Source: Tubiluchus corallicola (Eukaryota > Animalia > Priapulida). Taken from it: a DNA stretch of 64,000 nt. Position 1 is the first letter of the stretch, and the number at the start of each line of letters is the position of its first letter. The notes under the pieces are model-generated. The model did no database searches and had not been told where the DNA came from. It saw nothing but the letters and a program-made list of their open reading frames with translations. A program made the translations under genes and the position numbers. The stretch lies in contig JAQGDQ010000010.1 of NCBI GenBank assembly GCA_030141605.1, positions 62,001 through 126,000 on the forward strand, written 5' to 3'. This document shows positions 48,641 to 61,600 of this stretch, piece after piece.

Positions 48641-49369
48641 ACCTCCTTAAATACAAGTAGTTGTAGAGCTTCAATCATAACAGTCATTAGGAACTGGACT
48701 ATCACAAAATGGTGCCACAAAACTAAGTTATTAAAAGCACCTACTAGACTATTTAAATTCTGGAAATCCATGACGGCTTGTGTATAGGTATTGTGGAACT
48801 GTAGCACCCTCTATTTTCACTCAATATTATCGATAATATTCAATATAATAAGTCTTTTTTTAGTTCTTTCTTTATACTTGCACGAAACCAGAGCACGTGA
48901 GGGTAGTACTCTTTGCTTCACAGCACAGCATAGTGCGCTCACAGCTCCAGCAAAGTGGTGTTGCGCACAAGTCTGAGATAAGACGCTGTGAGCTGCACTG
49001 CTAATGTCTGCTGCAAGGTAGAGAAAGTGCTGTCGCTCACGCAGTGTTTGTTGTCAGTTGTCATGTGCTTAAAAACCGTGTACCGGGCATATTCTTGAAC
49101 TGCGTCAATTTAGGCCATTCGTAAGTAAAAAATATTTTTTTGTTTAGGATTTTATCAAGTTTACGTATAAATTTTCACATGCTTGTTTGTTTAAAATTAC
49201 AAATGACAACATTAAAGCTACATCTGTTCGTTTCGTTTTACACAGTATTATAACAATGGCTAAAAATTAGTAGGCTAACAAGTAGCACCCCCCTCCCCCA
49301 ATTTTAGCTATGAGCTTTCACTGCTGGAAATATAGATATTAATAGTTAACTACCTGACAACACTAGAAT

Positions 49370-52300
49370 TTATATGCCATACATGACTTTCGTGTTTTTT
49401 CTACTGGCTGCTATAACTTCATCGATGGTATCTTCACGCAACTCTGCAATTTCGGCAGCAGTATGAATGGCCATCCCAGGATGTGACCATCTAGTTAGCT
49501 TATCAACCTGAAGAAAATCGCAGTAATTTATTTAACCGAATCAAAAATTTAACAAACTTGTCTCATCTTATTAGTCTTTTTATTACTTTGTAAAGCGATG
49601 AAACATTTTGGGCAAGGTGGTCAAATAGCAGTTCATTAAGGTGTCCACTTAACAGTACTAAAAATATGTAGTGTAATACCTGTTCGATTACTCCATGGGA
49701 CATAGAATGCTATTAGAAAGATGACAAGATATCAGAAAAAACAGTAAAAAGAGAATGGATTGAAAAGTGAAATTCTGGCAAACGTAATCACTTATAACAG
49801 AAGTCATAGCTGTGAAAGAAATTTTACCCTTGCTGGTAGAAAATACGGCGCATCGGTTTCGATGAGCAATCGATCAAGTGGCAATTCTTTCACGACATGA
49901 CGTACACTGGTGGCACTGTAATATGTCACCACAGGTGTGATCCCAATAAATAGATTTGGAAACGCTTCCATCCATTCCTGAGCTTCATTCCAATCACCGG
50001 TGAAGCAATGGCGATGGATTTTTGTGTCAGTAGGAACAATCTAAGAAGGTAAAAAACAAAAGGCTCTTTACATCTCAGGAAAAAACAAATACACAAGGCA
50101 GAAAAAGATCATAAAGGTCTGTTTAACATTTTACTTTACACCGATTTTTTAGATTCAAACATGAAGCGCAGAAAATAACTAAGAGCCGAGTTCACAAACA
50201 TGAAGCACAGAAAATAACTAAGAGCCGAGTTCACACCTAATATCTAAAGGTAAGCAATGCCAAATCAGGTCACTAAATGAATGGGTGACAACTAAAATAC
50301 TGACTATTTTGATACTGACTATGGATGGTTTCATATTTAGATATATACAAGACCACATGTAGTCAAGTGGAAAACTACCTTTGTTGGTTTTGTAGAGTTT
50401 ATTAGATTACAATAAGACAGGTCTGGTCCTGCCACAACAACCCACATAAAGTAGGTCCTGCAAGCAAAAATTGGTGGGACTTCAGAGCAAGATGTTACAC
50501 TTCAAGGCTATAGTTAATTGTTTACAATTTCTTGATCTCTTGAGAAATTATAATTCTCGTTTCATCTTGACTGTGACTAAAATTCCCAACAGGAAAAGTT
50601 CATGCCCTGTCACTCTTCTATTTGCTTATTTAACTGAATTGTAAATATTACAAAAATCTGTTTGCTTAGCTACTACTTCCACCACCAAATTGGAGTTCTA
50701 CTCACGGTTGAAGCATGCACACTTTATTTAATACTTTCATCATCTTATTATTTGAATTTGTTTCATTGCATTTCTACTGCAATTATTGGTTTTGTTTTGA
50801 CTATCGTGAAAAATACATTTTTTGTCTCATCATGCAGAATAAATACTTTGAATTTTTAGACTGTTAATTATTAGACTACCAAATGCAAAAGACATTTTCA
50901 CCTTGCAATTGTTGTTGGATTTGACCTTGATCACATGACTCACTTTAACGATAGAAATAAAAAATAAGTTAAGCTTCTTAATGTTTAAATTTGGAAAGAA
51001 CCATGCACAACATCTCAAAATGCACAGTAAGGCAGCTGGAAAATTAGTCCTAGCATCTCTCTTACCTCCTTCAAGATTCGCAGACAGTCTTCAGATGCCA
51101 TTCTGCAGTGTATAATAATCGGCAGCTCGTGTTCCAGGGCTACGATAAGTTGACTTCTGAAAACTTTAACTTGAGTTGTCTTATCACAGTTATTTCTAAA
51201 AGACAAATTAAAAGGCAATAAATTATCAGTTCAATACAGAAAATGACACTGATAAAGTGAAACTCGACAGTGTTTTCTTTTAACAAGGCAACAATACTAC
51301 CAACCTTCTATGATGTGATATTTATGTGACAAATAAGTTCCTTAATATTCTACCTAGCTGCTAGAAAAGTATTTACAAATAAAAAGTTATCACAATAACA
51401 GACATGCTATTAACTTTTGTCAGGCCTCATTAACTGGTGCTTAAGAGAATGCACATAAGACAAAGTAGCACCAGGGTGTACTGCAAAAAGTCTTAATACA
51501 GAGTGCTACAAAATGAGATAATAAGATCACAGTCTTAACCATGCAGTGATCATGGTTAAATGCACTTATTTTGTCTGCACTTTCTCCAACTCATTTAGTT
51601 TTCTTGAGCTTACCTGTTTGAATAATCAAGGCCAATTTCACCTAAAGCCACTACGCGAGGATGCTGCAATGCCTCCTTCAATGCCTTTTCTGCCTCAACT
51701 GAGTAATTGGAGGCATGGTGCGGATGACACCCAAATGCTCCCCAAACACTATGGTCCTAAAAATATAAACAAACGAATCATAAACTTGACACCGTTAATT
51801 CTACAAATTTAAATTGTGATTGCTGTCGAAACTTCATTTAAATAAGGTACTAAAAATGACACTTCTGGATAAAAATTTACTGGACTAAAATGTCATCAAG
51901 TTTCTAGACATGCCAAGAAAAAAGGAAAATGTTGTTTCAAGATCGGATTACCTCAGTGAGTACTATTTCTAATTCAGTGCCTTAATCTGATCAAGCCTTC
52001 ATTTAATATTCATTACTAAATAAGTATGCAGAAACAAAATTTGGTTGTGTACTATGGATAGTCTTGCAATTACGATTTTTAAGATCACTGTAATGTAAGA
52101 GATTCATATAGCTAATCTAATGTTCATCCCAATATGGTGCATGTTGGTTGGGATACTTTAGCCTTGAATAAAAATTTGGCAAGTTGTAGCTATGAGTTTG
52201 GCTATTCCAATCTGGTAGCACTTTTGAGTGAGATGGCTCTGATGGCTCTAGCATAGGCAGGCAGTGATCAAAATTTGTAGTTTAATATAATTTGATTGAT

Positions 52301-55300
52301 CAAAATATATTGTGATGTAATTGTATGTGTGCTTTCACAACAAAAACATCCATAAGTCAATAGATAGTCACAAATCTTGAATCTTCACTTCATGAGGATC
52401 ATTTTGATAGCAAGTTTAGTGCTCTATGTTACTTCTAAGCTGGGATAATCCATGTTGAAGTTGAGGTACACGTTGCACACTGAAAACATAACCTTGAAAA
52501 AATCGCTGTTAAAGTTTGCCGTCGTTTTTTGTTGCATTTCTACAAAAACGCTTAGCGACCATACAGAAGTGTGGCTGCTATATAATTTGCAAGGGTACAC
52601 TAATGTTATGTTTAAATCCAATAGATGGTTGTCCCAGATGAAGATTTGGGCTTGGCAATAGAAAAAACACAAACAATGCAATTACTACGAAGAGCTACTA
52701 TCAGAATTCAAAAATACTAGGTTTTTAAAATTCCAGTACTAGCTTTTAGACAAAGAAGTGGGCAAGGGGTTACAAAATTAAATTTCTGAATTTTCTGAAT
52801 GTTTCCTGATGATTTGATACTAGAATATAAATGTCCAACATATTTACAATTTGTTTTTATACAAAAACAAAAAATTGACATTTGGCCCAATTTTAGGTGC
52901 ATCCTACTTTGAAGCATCATAGCGTAGTTTTAACTATGCCCACTTATGGATAGTTTGCAAGGATATATATTTAACAGACTAACATGAGAGCTGTTAGTTT
53001 ACACGATTGTTGTATAGCAAACTTACATCTAAGTGCTGTGCCCACATTTGTCTGTTTTTGAAGGTTAACGGGTCACAGAAGACTGTGACACACCCTTCGT
53101 AATTTTTCGGAAAAGTGGAGCGATTATTATTCTTAAATGTTTGAAAATTTGAGCATCCAATCCTAAAATGAAATGTATGCAGTTAAGATGAGCAATAATA
53201 ATAATAGTATATTATTTATTAAATAAGGTACCCCACATTTGCAACAATGCACACAATTAAGTGTAGCTTTTCGTTTCTTTTTTATACAAAGCTTTCAGTC
53301 AAGACAAGCCACCACTCAAAGACAGCATTAAGCAATACTGTCACATTTTTTACGCTTATTACTTGCTCATTGCAAAATAAGACATTACTATTTGGCAATA
53401 AATTTACAACTTGAAGCAACTAGCAAGCAACTTGAAGTTTTACTGAAAATTGTTTTTGAAATTTCTAAATTTTTAAATACATCTAATAAAACAGATGCAA
53501 TTTATTTAATCAATAATACATAAAAGTAAATCATAAACTGTTTCCTAAACACTAAACAAACCTGTTCATCAAAAAGTCAATATGGCAGTGGCTATCGATA
53601 AATGGTTCCTTGCACTGTAAACTAAACATGTTTGTTACTTGTCCATTAGTAACACTTCCGGTAGAGTAACGCCGTTGACCATATGGTGACCGACTTTCTT
53701 GGTACCCATTATACGCCCTGTTCAAATTAAGACGATGAGGCTTGCCTGATGGTTGGTAGTCACTACGGATGCTCAAATCCAAATGTTCTAAAGGGGCTTC
53801 TGATGATCTGCTACAAAAAGAACTCTTTCTGCTGGTTGTTCCTCTTGGAAACTGAACTGGACTATTGGACGTCACTACATGACAGCTGCGGCTATTCTGC
53901 ATTAATGGAAGATTTCTTCTTTGCAGCTTAACATGGTTTCTATGAGTATTCTTTTCCACTGTTTCCAAGCTGACATTAGATGATGAACAAAATGAACCAT
54001 TTTGATCTTGTCTTGGAGCAGCCAGATAACTGCTAGCAAATTTGGCTGCCTGTGCATTTGATGTCACATTTTGATGAAATGTATCATTCTTTGAAGAGAT
54101 GCTTAACCTTCTCCTTGGAGAGCTTCGGTGCAGACAGTTTTTTTGAGGGCTGGGGTAGAATGAACCATCTGATCGACTTACCGCCACATAATGATTGCTG
54201 GGAGAAATAAATGAACACGCAGTTGGTGTAACGTCTTTAAATTCGTTACTCATTTGTGGAGGGCAACTTCTATAGGGATACCAGTAGTTTGTCTGAGGGG
54301 TATTTTCAAAAAAGTCAAAGCTAGCATTACTCTTCAAGTATGATGGATCATTATAGGAATGTTGTGGTGTGGTTGAGTAAGTGTGAGGCGATGCACCTGG
54401 AGCGATATATGAAGTACAACTGGTAACACTTCCAGGAGTATTTCTTTCCGATTCCGTATTACTACTATTCATAAAATATGATGAATTGTTATTTGGGTCA
54501 CTGGATGATGCTCTACTTGAACTACCAGGTACAACAGGATAACCACCTTCAGAAAACCCAGGTGGCAGCCATCTAGGTGATGGACATAACTGCATGTCAG
54601 TCTGAATAAAATGCTGCCATGCTAATTGAGTAACACTATAGTCAGACTCCTTTCCAGAATTCAGAAAACTTTCTTGAAATTGGTACTCTCTAGACATATT
54701 TTCTAGGTTGTGAGTATAATCGACCCCCATGTCCAGGGTAGAATTCACAGAATTAAGATAGTTGGAGTTTCCTGAAGAGGCTTTTGGATAGGCATCGACC
54801 GACAATTCTTCACTTTCTTCTCCCATTTTTATTAAATACATGTTTTTAAACACTTCATCTGGATTGGGTTGATATGAAGCAGGGAAGCCCGGGGGAGTTT
54901 TGACATTTGTAGGAGCTGTATCTCCAAATGCCGGATTACTAACTACTGTCACTTGATCTAAGTCAGACTTGACTGTACGATGCATAGGACCATCAGGAAG
55001 AGGAATTTGCTTTATGTCTACTTCAGTTGGGAAAACAGCAGTAATATAATTGCTTGCATCAGCAGGGCTGCCAACTTGATGAGCAGATACTTGACTGTTT
55101 ATCACACCAGTGTTACTGATTGCATTAACACTGCTATGGTTATTGGTATTTTTTTGAGCAGCTGTTTGTTCAACACTTATCACTACAGTGTCACTAAATG
55201 TTTTAGAACCACTATTTTTATTGAAATGTTCACCTCTTTGGTCATTGTTCACTGTGTACTGTTCGTCAATAACAAGATCAGACTGTTGATTATGTGAGTG

Positions 55301-56518
55301 CATGTTGATTACTGCCTCATCAGGGCTCCTTTTTAGAGGTTTACTATCATTGAGGTTTGTATCCTTTCGATATACACCATTTGCAGATTTACTGGAAGTA
55401 TGCTTGTTCTTACCAACATCTGGCAAGGGTATACTAAGAGGGTCTTGAACAAAGTCGTGATGTGCATACATTGCTTTGTTCAACAACCTGTCCCTTTCTT
55501 TTGTAACAAATGTGCGGGCAATATCAGACTTTTTCCTTGCTTTATCACTGTTGAACTTGGAACACTCCAAATTCAAACCTTCTGCAGATGTTTTGTGAAA
55601 ATCAGAACGATATTTCAGTATCTGTGCCTTTACATCAATACCAGGAGGAGATGCACAAAAAAGGGCAGGCTTGTAGACATGTTTTGCCAGGACGTCACTT
55701 TGTGCATTTTCACTCTCTTCCAACTTTTCTGGCGACTGCTGCTGGGAAACAAGCTCAGTGTCTGTTTCGCTATCCGCTTCTGCATCTATCTCATAAGGTA
55801 CAAGAGGTGGCTGCTTATCCACTCTATCACTATTATTAACCACCTCGTTCCTAGAAAAACTATTTTTCCGCTGTACTACGCAAACTGATTCGACACTGTT
55901 GCTCCTACTGCTCATTGCAGCAGGCTTCCCATTCACTGTGCCACTATCACCACATCTGACATTAGAAAGCAAAGAAGGTGTGAAAGCATTAGCTACAGAC
56001 AATGACTGTTTACTTTCTTTGTGACTGCCAATTTCAAAAGAATCACCTATTAAGTCTAAATTTCTTAGCAAGTTGCTCTTGCTTTGAAAACGAGATACAC
56101 GTTGTGGCTGCGAGTGTTGCTTTTTAGTTTTCTGGCTAGTCTGCTGCCGACAATCTTCATCCCAATCTTCTTCAGCATCTTTATCGACAGGAACCTTATG
56201 AGGTAGACGATGAATATCTTGATCATTTTTATTTGCTACAATGTCTGCAGATTGGTTTTCACAGTCCAAGTCTAAATGGGAGTTTGCACTTATTGATTTC
56301 TCAGTGGCAGCTGCTGCCATGTCATACCTAAGTTTTTTAGATGAAACAACGTCTAAGTGTACATTATTCTTAGTGTCATTCAAACTAGCAAATTCTTCAG
56401 AACGTTTGCGACTTTGGCTCGACCGCTTCTGATGGTGTAGCTTTACCAATGCTGGTTTTGTTGTCATAGATTTGCAGTTAATTACATTGTGAGTTTTGTG
56501 TTCCAGACGCTTTATCAT
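49370..56518 (-). CDS. TATDN2: TatD-family nuclease TATDN2 with a long low-complexity N-terminus, about 1238 aa, 6 coding exons (56518-53562, 53162-53027, 51756-51614, 51195-51066, 50040-49828, 49507-49370)
   Basis: Phase-consistent GT-AG splicing gives FIDSHCHIDF, FPKNYEGCVTVFCDP, VWGAFGCHPH, ALGEIGLDYS, PIIIHCR, KIHRHCFTG, LLIETDAPYFLP and SHPGMAIHT. The FCDP and WGAFGCHPH motifs plus the long N-terminal extension point to TATDN2 rather than TATDN1 or TATDN3. Confidence 0.92.
50156..50233. repeat. Tandem duplication, 2 copies of 39 bp, intronic
   Basis: caaacatgaagc(g/a)cagaaaataactaagagccgagttca occurs twice with one mismatch. Confidence 0.9.
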
Positions 56519-57105
56519 ATTTATTAAATCTCAATGCTTATTATGAGGTTTTGTTAACATTTGCGCATCTGAAAAGGTAATATGGAAATTGTTAAAAGGT
56601 GTAACCTGCTGTTTGCTTAAAAATATGACCTGAGTGCAGTTAATTTATCCAGTCTCAAAATTTAAATAAAATAACTTACAATTGTATAGATAGAACATTT
56701 GCAATCAGGTTTGAATTTACCATTTAGTTATTATAGATATGTTCATAAATATTTAATAGAATTGTAAACCTAAGTACGAAGCTCGGCTGTAAATGCAAGT
56801 AGACAACTATAGGAGTGGAAAACAAAATTTAATGAGGCAGCTATTGCAAACAAATGATTATGTAGAACAGGCACTAAAGCTTGCACTAAGAATACACTTA
56901 GATCTGTCAGAAAGTTAAACTACAAGTTCTGTCATGTTTGCATTACATAACATTTTACAACAATATCTTTTCACAAAATTAAAGAAGTGATTAAGCTATT
57001 GATCCAGTGAATTCATAGCCATTAGTATATAAATGTTAATGCACAAGAAAACCCTACATAAAAATAAAGCTTAAAAAATTTGTCTTGAAATTTTATACCA
57101 CTTAC

Positions 57106-57200
57106 ATACTGCCTTTTTGCATGCAGGACTTCAGTCGGCAGCCACGCTGTATAAAACATGTAAATTTAAGTGCGATGACCACCATTAGACGCAGCCATTT
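57106..57200 (-). other. Probable 5' UTR exon of TATDN2 containing upstream ATGs
   Basis: GTAAGT donor at 57105-57100, ttttcag acceptor at 56569 (50 nt before the main ATG), and an AAAATGGC motif near 57195. Confidence 0.5.
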
Positions 57201-57547
57201 TCACGACAGGTCATTTGAAAGAAGTTTAGATAACACTGCGTGAAGTTTGAAAAAATGATCATAGATTTCGTAGCACATACGTCAGTAGCTAAAATTTCAA
57301 ATTACCGTATCTTGTCAATAAGATTAAGAATACGCTTTTAGTTAGCGAGTGATGCACCCTGGAGGGTGAGTCAGCGACATTTTACAAATTATTGAAAACA
57401 TTTTAAATAACTAAAAATTTTCTTTTCTAGTTAAATAAATCTTTCTAGCAGGTAAGCGAAAAGCTAAGTAATATAAATTTGCATGGAAAGTTTTTTTGGG
57501 ACATAATTTACCATTACCTTTTCTTTCCGATTTACGTTGTGCGTAGA

Positions 57548-57595
57548 TGACGTCATGTTTTGGCGCCATCGGAACAGTATGGCGGGAGATTTAAA
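57548..57595 (+). promoter_or_regulatory. Promoter motif cluster: CRE, E2F-like site and CDE/CHR-like tandem element
   Basis: TGACGTCA at 57548-57555, TTTTGGCGCCA at 57558-57568, and GGCGG-GAGA-TTTAAA at 57581-57595, about 350 bp upstream of the inferred TATDN2 first exon. Confidence 0.5.
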
Positions 57596-60500
57596 ATAAA
57601 GACAAAAAAAATTCCTTTCAACGTGAGTATGATATATATGCATAAAATTGCTATAAAGTAATATAATTTTTAAGGCAATTTTTCTGAAACCTACTTCAGG
57701 TACCCCTTTTCTTGTCCTGTAAAGTTCAAATGATAATTAAATCACAAATAATTTATTACTGTCTGTAAATATGAAAAGTGACTCAGATTTTACATTAAAT
57801 TAAAATGCAAGCCATTTACATCAAATCAGTACTTCAGAAATCAGTGAATGTCTCCATTTCAAAGACAATATGTATATATATATATTGCTTGCAAATTTCC
57901 TAGCTAAATGGCACCTGCCACAATTCAAATCAGACCTGACACTATTTGGCATTTCCTTAGGCAATGGCCTTGGAGAATCCAGCCAGATAACATTAATGAA
58001 GAAAAGACAGCTCACATTACTATTGGACATATTAAAACCAATTAAACTTACTAATGATAAAATTAACAATTTACGTTAATAACCTAGATGGCAAAAAGAA
58101 GCCAGCAATGCTATTTACTTTGTCAGCTTAATTGATATTGATAGGTCTATTATAACTAGTATATGAGTGATTTATAAATTTGGATTTATATGCACTAGGT
58201 CTACAGAGTGAGACTATAGTGATCTTCCATAAAACTAGATGTTTTTATAATCAAAACAATTACTGTCAGATTAAGATTTCAAATATTTTAATAATGCTAA
58301 ACCTAATAGCACTCGTTACTAGTTAGTTCTGATTTCTGATAATCTTTATTACTCTATTAGATATTGAAGAAACGTTTAAGAATCGGGTAAATTTTTCTCA
58401 ATTGGATACCGATTCCGATTCCTGAAATATGCTCAATTCTTCCGATTTTCAATACCCATACCAAGTTTTCCTAATCAAATTGCGATAGCAGGAATGTCTG
58501 GCTTGAGTGGCTTCACGCCTAACCATCATAGTGTTACAAACCACCTAAACGAATTAAATGAGCATCTCAGTTTTAAAACACTTTTTTGTGGCGGACCAGC
58601 ACTGTGGATATTGCAGAGTCGCAGAACCACTCTTTGCAGACCCTGCAGATTTGCAGACCTATAAAATAAGCAGATCCGCAAATCTCTACACAGGTACCAT
58701 TACTAATGCTAGAACAGCTAAAGTTTGCATAGCAGTAGATTTCATAATTAGGGCATATTAGTTATTTTTTCTAAATAATAACATAAAATAACAAATGCAA
58801 AAAGGTAGGCATGTGCAGAACACCTCAATACACTTTGTGTCAGTATAGTATTACAGTATTTCACAACTATATTGAATCTATTACGAGCCCTAATACTAGT
58901 AATACATGTCCCCAGTGTGGAAGGCTAGTAGCCACATCACGACGCTGTTGCAATTTTTCAGTATCATCTTTAAGACTTTTAAGTTTTGCTGCCTATGATG
59001 CCTTAATTAATGTCACGTACAATACTAAGGGTTAGACTAACCTGCATAACCAAATTTTATATATTTGTGCAAAAATTCATTAATTTTTCAACAAACTTTT
59101 AACCACGTTTCCATAACACAAGCAAAAAATTGCACATTACGTAAACAGCAGCTATTGGTGGATTTCGGCAGACTTGCACGTGATTTTTTCTCGAGAACCA
59201 TGGATAATATATTACAAGCCATGTCAAATTGTGGAGCTATGGTCCATCTCTAAAATTTAATGCAGTTCGAACTTTCGAATGTAGTTACTCCACGTCAAAA
59301 ACTCACAATTACTCTCAGCAGCTCTGCTTTCAGTGTCTTAAAGAAAATATTATTTATGTTTATTTATTCAGTTTTATTCTACAATAGCATGAAAATTCAA
59401 CTGATATTAGTATTTAATTTTGGCGATGTACTATAGAAAAAGCATAATGTGCAATTTTACACATCACACTTTGTTCTTTACAGTCTTCTTTCATAATTCA
59501 AAAAAATTCAAGGAACGAATTGTTCAATAGTTTCAAAAGGAAAAAAATATGATGATAAATGCTGGCGGTACAGAGTGTAAACCAACACGATGTTCGAAAA
59601 TCCATAAAACTGCATTTGAATTCGATTCACATTCAAAATCTAGAAAACCAATTTTATTCATGTTCGAAACTCGCAAATTCGATTCAAAATCACTTCCTGA
59701 TGCTTGGGGTTATATACTTTTTCCCTGAAATTTTTTGTGAGAGAAAAAAATTTTCCCTGACAAAAATTTTCAAAAGATCTTTTCCGAATTGTCATTTCCC
59801 AGAAAGTTTTCACCAGTACCATCGTTTCATAGAAACTAACATTCATGGAAAGTGTTTTAAATCCTTTTTAAAGCTCAGTTAGATTGCAACTAAGAAGTAG
59901 TTTGTTCTAACAACACTATTGTTTAATAAGCTGATAAAATTATGACGAAAATATCTGGTAAACTTATAAAAGCGAGAAAGTAGATTTGTAACAGCAAATT
60001 AGGTAGCGAATCACTTTGATCTTTGTATATTTGTGATTAATCATGGCATGCAATTGGCTTCCAAAGTTAAGCAATGCAAAGCCTGGCAATTAATTTGTTG
60101 GGAAACCACTTAATTAGGAATGTCATTCTTGTGCAATTGCTTTAACCATGATCCCAATTATGTAGTTCGGTTCTTGGTCTTTAGGGAAGATGTACATGCA
60201 TCAGAATGCGACTATGACTCTCCCGGTTCAGTCCTCCACCTCATAGGGCTATTTTGGCTAAAGAACCTGCGAAAAATCATCTAAAGGATCATAATTTGTT
60301 GGACAAATGTTGACCCCCAAGATATTCACAAACCTGTATAGTTCTAAAGTTTTGGTGTTTTCATTTTTTATAACAATTATTGTTATTAAACTTTGTTTCA
60401 AATCCTATGAAAATCAGTTGTATTTAAAGCAACTATATGCAGTAAATGCCAAAATACACATTGCTTTGAGAAAGCAATTTCAATCGAAAAGTTTTAAAAC

Positions 60501-60618
60501 AAAATACTTTTCCAAAACAAAATTAAAAAAACGAATTCAATCGACCCTTTTGAACATGCATCACTTTAAATTAATCTTATTTTTGATAGTCATTAATCAA
60601 AGGATTATAGATAAGTAA

Positions 60619-61120
60619 ATGATGGCATATTGTAACTGTGGATTTCGATTTGAGTCTGTTGAACACTTTCTGTTGCACTGGCCATTGTATCAACAAACTA
60701 GGGTTGTTATGTTTGATAAATTAAATGAAATACTTCTGCCTGAAAACCTTAATATAGCTGCCTTAGGAACTAATGATCTGTTGAAGTTGTTATTGTTTGG
60801 AAAAGATGAATTTAATTATGTTGGTAACTGTAGAATATTCCAATGTATACATGACTTTATATTACGTACTAAGTGCTTCCAGTAGTTTCTATGTGATATG
60901 AAATGCATCAGCTTTAATATTTGTACATTAATATTTTCTAACTGTCATTTTGTACTAATGTCTAATGTAATCTTGTAGTAAAACTTGTCAGCTTATGTAG
61001 TTATAGTCTATGCTTACTGTAAATGTTTTTGTAAATAGTGTGTATAGACTGTTGTGGTGATGACCCTAAATCATGCTGTTCAAACTGTCTGATCCAATCC
61101 TATAATAAATTATTCTTAAA
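60619..61120 (+). mobile_element. 5'-truncated non-LTR retrotransposon 3' end (C-terminal Cys/His finger region and UTR)
   Basis: CNCG...ESVEHFLLHWPLY...R...LLLFG...N.RIF..IHDFI.RTKCF* is a typical LINE ORF2 terminus, followed by an AT-rich UTR with AATAAA near 61104. Confidence 0.7.
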
Positions 61121-61131
61121 TTAAATGATGG

Positions 61132-61187
61132 CAGAAAGAGAGAGGTGGAAAGAAAGTGATGAGAGAGAGAGAGAGAGAGAGAGAGAA

Positions 61188-61223
<36 letters not shown>

Positions 61224-61600
61224 GTGGGGGGAGAGAGAGGGAAAGGAGGGAAATAGAGAAAGAGTTACTGAAGAAGGCAAGAATGAATGAGAGGAGAGAG
61301 AGAAGGGGAAAAGTGATAAGGACCTATTGGGGAAAACATGTAGACAATGAGACAGACTGGGAGAGAGAGGCAGAAAGAAACAGAAATAATTAAGAGGACG
61401 AAGATGTGAGAGAAATGTAGAGAGATGGAGGAAAAAAGATAGATGAAGAAGAAGAGAGAGACAGAGGGAGAGAGGAGAGAGAGGGGGAGAGGAGTGAGAG
61501 AGAGGGAGAGAGCAGACAGGGAAAGACAGGAAGAGAGGGAGCTAGAAGATGGGAGGTGTATCGAAATTAGGTAAAGATGGGAAAGCAAACAGAGAACGAG
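61132..61600. repeat. (GA)n and purine-rich low-complexity tract
   Basis: Directly visible; similar tracts at 13205-13380 and 30095-30262. Confidence 0.9.
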
